This document shows, one piece after another, positions 1 through 13,789 of a stretch of DNA of 64,000 nt. Position numbers and translations under genes: made by a program. Numbering within the stretch: the first letter of the stretch is position 1; every line of letters begins with the position of its first letter. The notes under the pieces were generated by a model. That model did not search any database and was not told the DNA's origin. It saw only the letters and a program-made list of their open reading frames with translations. The DNA is taken from the NCBI RefSeq assembly GCF_001194135.2, contig NC_068992.1:15390805-15454804 (forward strand), read 5' to 3'. This stretch comes from Octopus bimaculoides (taxonomy: Eukaryota).

Positions 1-659
1 AATATATATACTAGAAAGAATATTAAATAATTCTTCAGATTAATGCTAAAATATTAAAATACACAGACACAAACACACACACACACACACACATACTTAC
101 TCACGCACCCGTACTTATACACACACATAATTACTCACACACACGTACTTACACACACACACGTATTTACACACACACATTCATACATGTTTGCTTGTAC
201 GTATAAGTGTATTGTAACACAAAAACAAGCATAAAACTAATCGATATAATTTTGCGTTAATCGAAGCTAACAGTGATTTGTAATTGTGATTCTGCGTTTA
301 ACACACTCGTAACTATACGCATACATACGCGTACACACATGAGACCGTAAACGACTGTAACTTAATACCTCAAAGCGTTTTCTTCGACGCTCTATCGGTT
401 TAGCCAATCTGCTGTGAGTCTCTACAGATTATCGAGCGCTTAACTATTGAAATATATGTGAAGAAATACTCTGCATTTTGCTTTGCCTCAGTTCACCTTC
501 CTATTAGACATAATTATATATTAGATAATTAAAGGCATACTTATCAAGTTGAGATTAATCAGATATTTATCTGCCCCTTGATACAACCATGAAGCCGAAC
601 CTTCCCAGATATTTTAGGTTTTTTCGCCTTTTAGATTTATTGTATCAGTCTTTTTTTTT

Positions 660-830
660 TCTTTTATCTGCGGCCATGCTGGAGGATTTCTGTCGAAAAG
701 ATCAGATTCAGTACTTTTTTTTAAAATCTGGTACTTATTCTATTGCTGTCATTTGCTGACAGCTAGTTTAGGGATACGTAAATAAACCAAAACTGGTTGC
801 CAAGCGGTTATGGGGAGAAATACAGCCGGA
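660..830 (-). mobile_element. Group B SINE tail (degenerate)
   Basis: CTGCGGCCATGCTGGAG...GGTACTTATTCTAT...GGTTGCCAAGCGG. Confidence 0.65.
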
Positions 831-1431
831 AGCTGTCAACCATATACATATATAAATACATACATACGTTCGTAGGTACGCTTGTTTCTCTACTTGTTTC
901 TTCACCTATATTCTATTTCCTGCCCATTTTCTCCCTCTACCACTCTTTCTCCTTACCCCTCGCTGGTTACATGTGACCAGCCACTACTTCCTTTCCTATC
1001 TTGACTATCGCCAAGCACGCACACGAACATTCTTCGACCCGCTTCCTTCCAGTTCGTTGCTACACAGCGTTCAGTATACACATTTTTTCACGTCTGGCCG
1101 TTTGGCCGTTTATGTTTGTTTTCACTGTTTCGCTTTCCTGCCTTGTTTTCTGTCCGCCACTACATTTCCTCCATGGTACAAATTTAATTTGTGGGCAGTA
1201 GGAAGAGCCATTCTAACGACGCGTCCTGCCCTAACTCTTCGAAACGCTTAGTTTTAGAATGGTGGCAGCTGATGAAGGAAATATTCTCTATGTGGCCTGT
1301 GTGTTTTCTGTACTCTGTTTATCTTTTTGTCCACGTTTTTTTGCAATGTCCTGTACTCAGATATGCATCTATATATATACATGTAGATATGTACATACAG
1401 GTACGTATATATGCATATACTCATTATTTGT

Positions 1432-1462
<31 letters not shown>

Positions 1463-1769
1463 TTCTTTTAAAATACANNNNNNNNNNNNNNNNNNNNNNN
1501 NNNNNNNNNNNNNNNNNNNNNNNNNNNNNNNNNNNNNNNNNNNNNNNNNNNNNNNNNNNNNNNNNNNNNNNNNNNNNNNNNNNNNNNNNNNNNNNNNNNN
1601 NNNNNNNNNNNNNNNNNNNNNNNNNNNNNNNNNNNNNNNNNNNNNNNNNNNNNNNNNNNNNNNNNNNNNNNNNNNNNNNNNNNNNNNNNNNNNNNNNNNN
1701 NNNNNNNNNNNNNNNNNNNNNNNNNNNNNNNNNNNNNNNNNNNNNNNNNNNNNNNNNNNNNNNNNNNNN

Positions 1770-1814
<45 letters not shown>

Positions 1815-1934
1815 TGTGTGTGTGTGTATATATATATATATATGTATATATACACATACATGCATTTATATGTATGCATATACATTACGGGCTTCCATAG
1901 TGTTTGTTAAGCCACTTCACTTACAAAATATTGG

Positions 1935-2042
1935 TTAGTCCGAAGCGAGAGTAAAAGAGACCCAAAGTGTCGCGTAGTGGAACTGAACTCGAAATTACAT
2001 GCTTCTTAATCGGGTTTCTTAACCACGAAGTTATGCTTGCTC
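1935..2042 (-). mobile_element. Group B SINE head (degenerate)
   Basis: AAAGTGTCGCGTAGTGGAACTGAACTCGAAA...TTTCTTAACCAC, resembling 24060-24130. Confidence 0.55.
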
Positions 2043-2872
2043 CTATAAACAACATTGTGGTATAATTAACTGCTGTAAACAGCAGCTGCAGTGGAAACGT
2101 AAAAGCACCACTGCAATATCGATTTCTAACATTGGAGCAAAACTAAAGAGAGTGCATTGTCGGTTAAATAGACTTCAGATTATTTAATCGATAAATTTTC
2201 CATCAGTGGGATTTGATCAGGACATAATGGGCAGTACCATCAGGTATTTTGTTCGACGCTCTAATGACTTTGCCAAACCATCAGTATAGTAATAGGTATT
2301 GTCAAGAGATTATGCGCGTCTTGGTAGTTTGCAGAACTAAGTTTATTTTGTCCTATAAGTCAGCAAAATATAATGGGAAGTAAAATTTATGTAAATCTTT
2401 AGACAGTGACACAGCGTCAATGTTCTCGTACAAATTTGTTACAAGAGTCAATCCTTGACGGTGGCCACGATTTGCAAATAAAAATAACCGAAAAACAGTC
2501 TACTTTGTCCATCGTTTCTGTACTTTCTGTAAGAGGAAGTTCAGGTCGCTATTTCTAGAACGTCTAGTAACCACATAGAGGTTGTTTCGTTGACTAGAAT
2601 ATGAAAAAGAGACAGAGACAGGAAAGTAATGTTAAATGATTTAAATCGAATGTTTCTATTATAGTGATAACTTTTCTTCCAGTTCATTCTATTATCTATT
2701 GTTAGTTATGGTCTTCCATAAATAGGACCCGGCTTCCTTACGAGTATGAGGGGGGAAAATAACAGACGATGACTTACCTTTAATAGAGTAATTTTAGGCA
2801 ATTTAATAGAAGGAAAAACAATATCGTAGAATATTTATAAATTACTATATATGAGATAATCCCTGTAATATT

Positions 2873-3065
2873 CCTTTCTACTATAGAGACAAGGCCTGAA
2901 ATTTTGGGTTAGAGGGCTAACCGATTACATCGATTCAAGTGCTTGACTGGTACTTATTTTATCGACTCCGAAGGGACAAAACCAACCTCGGCAGGATTTG
3001 AACTCAGAACGTGAACGTGAAGACAGACAAAATGCCGCCCAAAACTCCGCCAGCTCGCTGCCTTA
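2873..3065 (-). mobile_element. tRNA-derived SINE, group A, with 17 bp TSD
   Basis: Minus strand GCGAGCTGGCGGAG...GTTCTGAGTTCAAATCC (A/B boxes). TSD ATAATCCCTGTAATATT at 2856-2872 vs ATAACTCCTGTAATATT at 3066-3082. Confidence 0.85.
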
Positions 3066-3296
3066 ATAACTCCTGTAATATTGGGGAGTGACCAACTGCC
3101 TATACGCTTATTTCCGTGATAGGAGATCATTTGACCAAACAACATAACATACATTGTCCAGACTGACGGATAATTAACCTTTGAGCCACTAATAAGAACA
3201 TTTACAGTATTCACACGTGTACTTTGAATGTTTGCGGTTCAAATCCTGCCCAGGTGAACTTTGTCTTTTGTACGAGCGGAGACGATAAACATGAGC

Positions 3297-3356
<60 letters not shown>

Positions 3357-3419
3357 GCACACGGACACAGATGTTTGTGGCGGGCTTCTGTGTACGTTCG
3401 AAATGATTTTCCCCAACTT

Positions 3420-3520
3420 TGCATGACCATCATCATCATCATGAACATCATCATCATCATTGCCACCATCATCATCATCAGCACCACCAGCACCACCACC
3501 ACTACCATTATCATCATCAT

Positions 3521-3552
<32 letters not shown>

Positions 3553-3715
3553 TCACCATCTTCATCACCACCACCATCACAACCATTATCATCATATCAT
3601 CATCACCACCACCATCTTCATCATCATCATCATCATCATCATCACCATCATCATGATCATCATCATCATCGTGAACATCACCACAATAGTCACCATCATC
3701 ATCATCATCATCATT
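3420..3715. repeat. (CAT/CAC/CAG)n trinucleotide low-complexity tract
   Basis: Direct reading. It produces spurious poly-H/Q/S/I ORFs. Confidence 0.97.
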
Positions 3716-4249
3716 TCCGGTTATACTGTGCTTTCGTTAGAGATTTCTCATAAGTAAGTTAACGCACGTGACTAAGATATATTACAGCGTTTCAAGTCGT
3801 CCCTCCGGTATTTCCGCTTAAAAATTCAATAAAAGCTGAAATTCAGTAACGTGATTAGCGGCCAACTTTAACAACAATCTTTGGAATTGAATCTAAGAAT
3901 GGTTATGTAATGGAGATCTGTTTGGATGAGGGATTTGTGTGCCAACACCACCCAGAGGAAGCATGCAGTCAGTGACCTGCATGTAGGCGGTTCATGCTAG
4001 ATATAAAGTCGTCTCCTTCTCGCCCAAGGTAGCGGTAGGATTCAGTTGCTGCCTGGATGTCTGAACAGCTCCATTTGGACAGGGCACTGCTCACCTGGAG
4101 GCTGGGAAGGTTCTAGAAAAATGTGAAGCAAAAATTGCCTGTCTTTCTATATCTGGTCAGTTTAGCGCGACTGACAGATGTCCACCTTTCGAAAAACAAT
4201 GAGACTTTCAGTTACGAAATCTGTATGGAACTTGAACATTTCATGTTGG

Positions 4250-4462
4250 AATGTGTGTGGATTTGATTGACGGAAACTGAAAGAAGCCCGACGCATATAT
4301 ATGTATATGCATGTGTGTATCTGTGTTTGCCCCATCACCATCGCTTGACAACCAAAAGAAACCAATAGACTAAGTACTAGACTTACAAAGAATAAGTTCT
4401 TCGACTAAAACCCTTTAAGGCGGTACTCCAGCATGGTCGCAGTCAAATTACTAAAACTAGTA
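4250..4462 (+). mobile_element. Group B SINE, 3' part
   Basis: GTGGATTTGATTGACGGAAACTGAAAGAAGCCCG, a short TA/TG run, then CATCGCTTGACAACC...TAAGTACTAGACTTACAAAGAATAAGT...CTCCAGCATGGTCGCAGTCAA. Confidence 0.8.
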
Positions 4463-4485
4463 ATATCTATCTATCTATCTCTCTC

Positions 4486-4526
<41 letters not shown>

Positions 4527-5144
4527 CTGCCAAGGTGAACTTTCAAGAACGGTAGTAATTTCTGTCGGATTTGATTGGAAACATTTTTTTTTTCTTTCCT
4601 TACATTACGACTTACTAGCAAAAATCAATAACTTCATCAATAAATCGATAGACACTTTGTCAAAAACAAAAATCAAACAAACAAACAAGAATCAGCTTAA
4701 ATTACTTACGTTGAGGCAATGTATTCTATCAGTGTTAGAAGTAAGAATATATCGGGTAAACATCAAAAGCAACGTATGCACAGGCTTCTTACAGTGCACA
4801 GGAATAATGTTAAAATGGGGCAGCAAAGTCAAGATATAACAGACTGAATTAATTACTTATACAGCATCATAATCATCAACATCATCATCATCATCATCGT
4901 CATGTTCATTATCGTCGTCGTCATCTTCATAATCATTATCGTTATCATCGTCATCGTCATCATCGTCGTCGTATGCGGAACGTGTCGTTAACAGCTATAT
5001 TGCTATCATTTAAAATTTACCCTCACAAAGACACACCTACGCGTAGAAATTATATTCGACTTCTTGTCTATATCTACCTAGCGATCGATCGATTAATCTG
5101 TGTACGTATCTATCAAAATGTTAGACTGATTATTTATGTATGTA

Positions 5145-5192
<48 letters not shown>

Positions 5193-6121
5193 CATACATA
5201 TGTATGCGTGTATGTATGTATGTATATATTCTAACATCGAACTGTGTGGATGAGTACCCAACACCACATTAGTGGATAGATGTTATTTGGGGGCAACCAA
5301 TGGTTTCATGTGAAAAACATACATACGTGTGTGTGCGTATGTGTGTGCGTGTATGTGTATGTCAGTGTGTGTATATGCACACACAGACATAGAAAAAAAA
5401 CAAGAGAATGGAGATTTATACATTTTTAATCAGCTTACGCACGTTTCAGATAGATTCGGAGAGAGTAGTAAAATTTCGTATTGTGAAAATTTTAGAAAAC
5501 CAGAACACATTTACTGGTAATGTAACCCTATACAATTACCAAAGTTAATTAGAATACGGTCGTTTATATTTATGTGCGTCTATGTGCATACATATAAGTC
5601 TATATGTGAGTGTGCGCAAGCGTGCGTATGTCAGTGTGGTATATGTATGTGTCTAAAAGTACATTACGCGAAGATATATAAACAGCTAAAAAGCCACGGC
5701 AAGAAAACTAATTACGTTCACAATAACAATAAAACCATGATGAGAATCAGTAGAGAGATGATGTGGTTACATTAAAATACAGAAATAAAATATAAGCTTC
5801 AAACTCAAATAAATTGTCAATGAAAACGGTACGTCTGTGTTGAAGACTTACTCTCTGAAAACTATGTATGGATTAATATCGTGTATACTATACATACAAT
5901 TAGGAGCTAATCATTTCCCGTGGTTTCTGTAATAAAAGGATATTAGATGTTACAAACATTATTCTGAGACAGCAAAAAACAACCATAGAACAACGTATCT
6001 ATCGATCGTCGTACTAAGTAACTAATAAATTGTCTAGTAGTAATAAAATTATCGGAAAAAATATGTGTTAGTGGTTCATTTGAGAGTGAAATTGGGTGAG
6101 TGGATCACGTTCTATGTGGTA

Positions 6122-6503
6122 CAGTAGAACCTCACAATACGAGTGCCCTATTGTATGAGTAATTTGTTGTACAAGCCGAGACTTGTGCGAATTTTTGTCT
6201 TGAAGTACGAACGGAAATCCGCAGTATGAGCACAAAAATCGTGCCATCTCTAAGGTAATTCAGTTAATAAAACCATTTTACATATCTCCTTTGCATTCTC
6301 TTTCTTACGGTTGTCATTTTACTTGTAACTACACCTTTTCTGTTTTAAAACCCATGAAAAATTATTTTTAAGTGGTTTCTGGGGGTTAGAACGGATTAAT
6401 TATATTTAATTTAATTTCAATGGGGAAAATCGGTTTGTAAAACGAATAAATCGAAAGACGAGCTCGGTCAAAGAAGGAATTAAACTCGTATTTGGTAACA
6501 TTG
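6122..6503. mobile_element. pogo/Tigger-like MITE
   Basis: Left TA-CAGTAGAACCTCACAATACGAG; right GAATTAAACTCGTATT...ACATTG is a degenerate inverted match. The subterminal CAATGGGGAAAATCGGTTT is typical of Tigger-like MITEs. Confidence 0.6.
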
Positions 6504-6742
6504 TTAACTAGTAGGCACTTGGTGTGTAGTTCCAATGTCGTCGGTGAGCTTGTTAAGATCAATGTTTTGAGTGAGTCTTTGGGGCCTGAGATAGTCCATC
6601 TTCCGGTATTTGTTCCGGGTTTCCGCGCTCTGAAAACTATTTCGACTTTCATCTCTCTGCGTCGATTTGATAAATAACTTATCCTTAAATGGTTTGGGAA
6701 TATTCTCTCTCTCTCCCTCTCTCACAGGCACACACATAATAC

Positions 6743-6960
6743 ATTGGTTTCCAATTTTGGCACAAGGCCAGCTGTTTCGGGAGAAGCAGATATATCGATT
6801 ACATCAACTCCAGTATTGAACTGGTACTTATTTTATCGACTTCCAAATGACGAAAGGCAAAATCGACAACGTTGGAATTTCAAGTCAGAACGTAAAGGCG
6901 GATAAATTTCTGCTTAGCATTTTGTCCGGTGTACTGACGATACTGCCAGCTCGCCGCCTC
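6743..6960 (-). mobile_element. Group A SINE
   Basis: GGCACAAGGCC...GGTACTTATTTTATCGAC...GAAAGGCAAA...TCAGAACGTAAAG...CTGCCAGCTCGCCGCC, the same layout as the other copies. Confidence 0.85.
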
Positions 6961-7651
6961 AATGATGGATAATATATTGCTTGGCATTTAGCAACTCTCA
7001 ACTCTACATCATTTTTCAGGTTACACTACGACGATAACAGAAATAGCAGTTAAATAACTGAGTTTTATATAATGAGTGTAAAACATGAAGGTAATGCACC
7101 AAGATAACCAGCATTTAATGTCCGTAAAAGAATATTTCAGAAATATTAGCTTATTTCAATTTACGTGGTTTCGAGTAACGTCTTTTCTGTTTCATGCAGT
7201 TTTTCTGGGGAAAAATAGACCTCAACTTCAGTAAATTTTCCCCACTTTACGTCGTTCACATTGAACATATTTAAAAGCATAAAACTGTTTTTTAGAAATC
7301 TATTAAAATCCAATATCGAAGTGAAAAATCTAATGAAATACCTGAAACTATGTAAATATGTAAACATCTTTTTTTAAAAATGTACGTATATAAAATATTT
7401 CCACTTATTGCATATGGCTTTCGGAACCGATATCTTTAGCATTCCATCGAGACGTAGATTTGTAGTTCATAGCAGAAAATTCAAAAGTGTGTTTGTGCTT
7501 AGTGTGTACAAATTTGTGCTTATTTTCATACATCATCGCCTCCATGAAAATTTCTGCAGCTACGTCTAGTCCTTGTATTCCTAAGCACTATGTTATTTTC
7601 ATTGGAGAATAAATTGATCAAACGCTATGAACGCTGTTACAAAAATGATGT

Positions 7652-7862
7652 GTGAGGTGGAAGAGTCGGTAGCGCTTCGTACAAAATGCTTCACGGCATA
7701 TCTATCGATTTTACCCTTGGGTTGAAAATGCTACGGTGGTCGATTTTGTCGTTCACCTTTCTTGGGTCGATAAAATAACTTGCAGATAATCCCAATGACG
7801 GTTGAAATCGACTATCCATCTCCCCCAAAATTACAGGCATTGTACCTTTAGTAGAAAGAGTT
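7652..7862 (+). mobile_element. Group A SINE head with alternative 3' part
   Basis: Degenerate head GTGAGGTGGAAGAGTCGGTAG...GTCGATTTTGTCGTTCACC...GGGTCGATAAAATAA, then a different tail ending GTACCTTTAGTAGAAAG. Confidence 0.6.
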
Positions 7863-9300
7863 ACAAATTAATATCTAATACATAACGGTATCTTATATTA
7901 AGTAGTAGCCAGACGTTCCTGCAGGATGATTAGAGTTGATTCAGTTTTATTTCGTACTTCCAGTTCATATTTATTTTTGTCGAGTCTTGAACAGTTTAAA
8001 AGAAAGTTGAAATCGGTAGAATTTCAACTCAGTTTCATAACTAGACGAAAATGTAGTCCATTAACTAGTACGTAGCTCGATCATTCAACAGTTATTCACT
8101 ACTTACAATATATCACATACTCTATACAACATTCTAATGAGCTTTGCTAAATTCTATTATGAATTGTAAAATTATGATAGGAAATAACAGGAATTATGAA
8201 GAAAGATGAACATAGATGTAGACATACAAATATATTTATGTACGTACATAAATATATAAATGCATACATACATGCATATATATATATATATGTGTGTGTG
8301 TATATGTATATATATATATATATATATANNNNNNNNNNNNNNNNNNNNNNNNNNNNNNNNNNNNNNNNNNNNNNNNNNNNNNNNNNNNNNNNNNNNNNNN
8401 NNNNNNNNNNNNNNNNNNNNNNNNNNNNNNNNNNNNNNNNNNNNNNNNNNNNNNNNNNNNNNNNNNNNNNNNNNNNNNNNNNNNNNNNNNNNNNNNNNNN
8501 NNNNNNNNNNNNNNNNNNNNNNNNNNNNNNNNNNNNNNNNNNNNNNNNNNNNNNNNNNNNNNNNNNNNNNNNNNNNNNNNNNNNNNNNNNNNNNNNNNNN
8601 NNNNNNNNNNNNNNNNNNNNNNNNNNNNNNNNNNNNNNNNNNNNNNNNNNNNNNNNNNNNNNNNNNNNNNNNNNNNNNNNNNNNNNNNNNNNNNNNNNNN
8701 NNNNNNNNNNNNNNNNNNNNNNNNNNNNNNNNNNNNNNNNNNNNNNNNNNNNNNNNNNNNNNNNNNNNNNNNNNNNNNNNNNNNNNNNNNNNNNNNNNNN
8801 NNNNNNNNNNNNNNNNNNNNNNNNNNNNNNNNNNNNNNNNNNNNNNNNNNNNNNNNNNNNNNNNNNNNNNNNNNNNNNNNNNNNNNNNNNNNNNNNNNNN
8901 NNNNNNNNNNNNNNNNNNNNNNNNNNNNNNNNNNNNNNNNNNNNNNNNNNNNNNNNNNNNNNNNNNNNNNNNNNNNNNNNNNNNNNNNNNNNNNNNNNNN
9001 NNNNNNNNNNNNNNNNNNNNNNNNNNNNNNNNNNNNNNNNNNNNNNNNNNNNNNNNNNNNNNNNNNNNNNNNNNNNNNNNNNNNNNNNNNNNNNNNNNNN
9101 NNNNNNNNNNNNNNNNNNNNNNNNNNNNNNNNNNNNNNNNNNNNNNNNNNNNNNNNNNNNNNNNNNNNACATATGGCTCCATACATTTTCTATTTCGCGT
9201 TCTGATGAATAGAATTCAACATATATTTAAAATTAATAAATGCAAATATATTCTTTGAAAAATCCAAATTTAATTATATATATCTTACAAATCTGTGTGG

Positions 9301-9344
<44 letters not shown>

Positions 9345-9513
9345 GATATTTATATATACTCACGCACATATATACATATGTTTGTACATGCGTGCGTAGG
9401 TATCCAGGCAGGTAGGTAAGTACGTATAGAATATATAATGAATTACAGTTATTCAACAAATGTGGCGTACGAATCTATTTCTGAATATATATATACACTC
9501 ACATACATACATA

Positions 9514-9584
<71 letters not shown>

Positions 9585-11229
9585 ATGTGTGTATATATAT
9601 ATATATATGTATACATACATGCATGCATACATACATACATAAATACATGACTACATATATAAATACATACATACACATCTGTGAACGCATTTGTCTGCGT
9701 ATGAACTTCGTTGCTTCTACAAAGCTTTTAATCAAATTTCATCATACAAAATTTCTTCTCTATAATCTAGTATTGTTATAGTGATATTTCATATTTAGGC
9801 TGTTTGCATCTTTTCACTTTCCCACTTAACTCTGTCTACTTTTACTATGACACGTTTTGTTGCATTCCATCACCCGCTAAGTAATTTTCCGGAACGTTCC
9901 AATTAAACAGTGGAAGCATAGCATATTTGTGGAGTATTCGATTCCGTAAGTGTTTAATATCTTCAGTGTCTCACATAATTATATGACACTGGTGTGATAG
10001 GATACACGAAGTTATACTACTTTAAATACCTAGCATAGAAATAAAGTCTGTGAGATGCTTCATGTTTACGATTTAGATTTAAATGGGGGTAATGACCATA
10101 TAAATATTGGAATTGCTTTATTTATGTATATCTAGTTTGTCAAATTGTTTTGACTGAAAGTTTCGGAAATAAACTGTCGTTGTGTGGCAAGTTTCCTATT
10201 GAAAATGAAAATAATAACAATTATTTTAATTATTCTCTGCGAGAAATTGTTAATTATAGATGATAATATATATTCCGAATAACCCAAACAGTAAGCTGAT
10301 AAGAAGGATAAACAAGCTGCTGGCAATATTAGCAGTCAACGTTGTAACAGCAGATATCTCTTCTGGAAAGATATGTGTGTCGATAATCGTAACTATTCTT
10401 CTTCGAGAAAAGATACTCTGGGTTATTTGAAGATCATGACTGAAGAATATATATTAAATTTTATTATAATTGAAATAATTTTCTAAAACGTTTATGAATT
10501 TGTGTTGTAAAATTCCTGATGTGTTGAAATAGATATTGTTGTATTTCTGCTTATTTCTGGGATAGTCTCAATGAACATGATACTCTAGTATTTTTAGTTG
10601 TCATACTATGTGTTGGCCCTGTCTAACTTCTTCTTGGTCTAAAGAAATCACAAGTGTGGACAAAAGACTTCCAGACAATTGTCAGGAGATAAAATAAGAA
10701 CAATAATAAACGAGTGAAGAATGAATATATATAGTGTCTGCGTTTATTTGGCAACAAAAAAATTACCAACCCAAAATATAACAATAGCTGTTTCAGCACA
10801 TGATTTCGCATGGGACGGGGCTGATGGGGGGGGGGGTCATAGTGCTACTAAGAAGAATGAGACACACACACACATGTACAAACACACTCACAAACACAGA
10901 CGCATGCACATATAACGATACACATCATAGAAGAACAGAATGGAATACACAGAGCAAGAGTACACATGAAGACTGTAAGTGTCACTGAGGAGGTCACAAA
11001 TGTGTGACGAAATGTTTCCAAACAATGGACATGAGTTAGAATAAGAACAGTAATAAACGAGTGAAGAAAGAATATACAGCGCGTGTGTTTATTTGGAAAA
11101 AAAAATGACCATCCTGAAATACAACAATAATTTTCTAAAAATATTTCATAATAATGAATGGTGACAGAAGTACAACTTAGAACAAGTGATGCACTCAGAA
11201 AGTGTAATCTTCACTAGATATAACATTAT

Positions 11230-11605
11230 GGAGGCGCAATGGCCCAGTGGTTAGGGCAGCAGACTCGCGGTCGTAGGATCGCGGTTTCGATTCCCAGATC
11301 GGGCGTTGTGAGTGTTTATTGAGTAAAAACACTTAAAGCTCCACGAGGCTCCGGTAGGGTGGTGTGGCGAACCCTGCTGCTCTCTTTCACCACAACTTTC
11401 TCTCACTCTTCCTGTTTCTGTTGTACCTGTATTTCAAAAGTCCAGCCTTGTTACACTCTGTATCACGCTGGATCTCCCCCAAGAAATACGTTAAAAGTAC
11501 GCGTGCCTGTGGAGTGCTCAGCCACTTGCAGGTTAATTTCACGCGCAGGTTGTTCCGTTGATCGGATCAACTGGAACCCTCGACGTCGTAAGCGACGGAG
11601 TGCCA
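11230..11605 (+). mobile_element. Full-length tRNA-derived SINE (group C, tail A; similar to octopus OR-type SINEs as recalled)
   Basis: Head GGAGGCGCAATGGCCCAGTGGTTAGGGCAGC (A box) and GGTTTCGATTCC (B box). ~375 bp body. 3' hairpin GTTGATC-G-GATCAAC. A near-identical inverted copy lies at 53018-53382. Confidence 0.9.
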
Positions 11606-13220
11606 CGTTACGATAATACGTATGGCTTTTAGACAGTCTTTTCTTTATATTCCAAAATCCAATAGTCGAAATTCTGAAGCTACCACTGTTGTTAGCTTTT
11701 GAATTTCAATGTCAAATATTAGCCTGTATAATGCAATATGACTGAGAAGAAATATGTAAATATTTCTTCTCTGTAAACTCTTTATTTGATCTTACAATGA
11801 AGGAAATCCATCGATGAGTTGCAACCACTGTATCGTTTTCATTTCTTTCTTTTACAATATAAAGTTTCTAGAGAAAGGCATTAAAATACCTCACTTAACT
11901 CATTTTTATTAGCTTCAAGCTTTTTGTCTATGTCCTTCCTTCAACGAGGGATCTGAGATATTTCCAAGCAGCTAACTTCCAGTTCGTGTCTAGCAGCATT
12001 CGGATTTGAAAATGTTATCTCAGTATCTTGTAGCAGTTTGTAGATGTACGTAAAGTGAGGTCTGCTCGATATTTCGACGTGAACGATTTCTCTAGCAACA
12101 ACTGACGTACAACTTTGTGTTGAACAGGGACTGATAATCTTTAATTGTAAACGTAAATCTTGATCTTCGTATAATATGGTTGAGATTCCCAACACAACAA
12201 AACTTAATTTCTCAAAAGTGGCGATTTCCAGTTTAAAGCATTTCCGATTTATGATGGAGGAAACGAATTGAAGCTGCAAATTCTGGCATTCATTTAGAAT
12301 TATGTTTTAGAATAATTTTAAATTTGATTTTCAAGTAAGAACCAGGAATTATTTAGATATTGGTAATACATTGAAAAACTGCGACAGATGATGTTGAGGG
12401 ACAAAATTTTGATAGTTTAGTTACAAATATTTTCATTCGTTAGCCTCCCCAGAAGCACGAGACAAACATGGATGCTACATAAACATATTTTCTCATCTTA
12501 CCAAAGGCACATATGTATATAGGAATTATTTAATTAAATATCATTTCAATTATTTTGTGAAGTATAAATATAATACCATAAAAATTCTAATAAATGGATG
12601 CGATAAAAGAAAATTGTATGGAATGAGGTCAAAAGTATATATAAAGATGAAGAGTGGGAAAGAAGGAGGGGGAACAAAATATCGGAAATTAAAGCAAGAA
12701 AGAAAAAAAATGAAGAAACAAAAAGAGAAAGAAAGATATTTCTACATTCGTATGATCTTCAAAATAGTCAACAACAATTTTTCTATTATGTTTTCCATTT
12801 TGACCAAATTTTCATATTTAACGAAACGACGCCAGGAAATCGTCTGTAAACATACGATTGAAATTAGCAACCAAATCTTATGACTAAACAACAAATTAGC
12901 AAACACCATGAGAAAATTCTTTGAAATACCTAATTCTTTTTAAAACAATACAAATTATCGCTAAAACATGTAAATATTGGCAATGTAAAATATCATATAA
13001 AAAGCCCTCAGGTGAATGTTATTGCATTCTGTAACGATTCTTCAGTCTCTTCTAACATTCCAATAATTTTCTATTTTCTATTTTATTTACGTTTTATTTT
13101 TATTTTAACGTTATTATTTTGTTTACACCTTATAACTTCACATATAATATCGTTAGTCAATTTTCTATCTAGTAGAATCTCTAATATAAGAAATCAAACT
13201 AAAAACAACGCCGCAAAAAT

Positions 13221-13252
<32 letters not shown>

Positions 13253-13789
13253 CTCGTACATGCGTATACATATTCGTTATGGGAGTGTATGCGTAAACAT
13301 ATTTATAAATACATATGTATATGCCCGTGGGTTCGTATGCATATGCATACATATATATGTGTATGTGTGAGTGTGTGTGTATATATAATTGATATATGAT
13401 ATATGTATATATAAGTTTATATATATATAATGATATATATATAATATATGTATAATTATATAATTACAATGGTATATGTGTGCGTGTGTTAGAGAAAGAG
13501 AGAGTACGTGTGTGCGTGCATGTGTGTCAAATGAAACAAATTGAGAAGCCATTTTTACGCGTTCAAAATGTTCTTTAAAATAATCTTAGTTTCTTGTTGT
13601 TGTTGTTGTTGTTGTTGTTGTCTCCATTGTCGTCGTTGTTGTTGTGGTTGCTGGTGAATATTTTTCGCTGGCTTCCTTAGATTCCCTTATATGTTTGAAA
13701 CTCTTAGATATTGATTTGGTGATTATCTAAGTTAAATTAAGTTTTCTCACAAAGAAGCCGCTTTCATTAATTATAAGCAGAGACGAGAA

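Noticed and set aside
1202-1250. GAAGAG...CTCTTC stem followed by GAAAC, hammerhead-like
   Set aside because: There is no CUGANGA upstream and no convincing stem I or III. It may be a decayed PLE end, but the sequence does not support the call.
3419-3757. Poly-His/Gln ORF resembling a histidine-rich protein
   Set aside because: It is a pure trinucleotide repeat open in several frames on both strands, with no unique coding sequence.
3900-4130. GC-rich segment possibly a LINE 5' UTR
   Set aside because: No second copy in the window and no diagnostic motif.
11941-12279. 112 aa minus-strand ORF in non-repetitive sequence
   Set aside because: No ATG, no recognisable motif and no good splice signals; could be chance or an unrecognised transposon relic.
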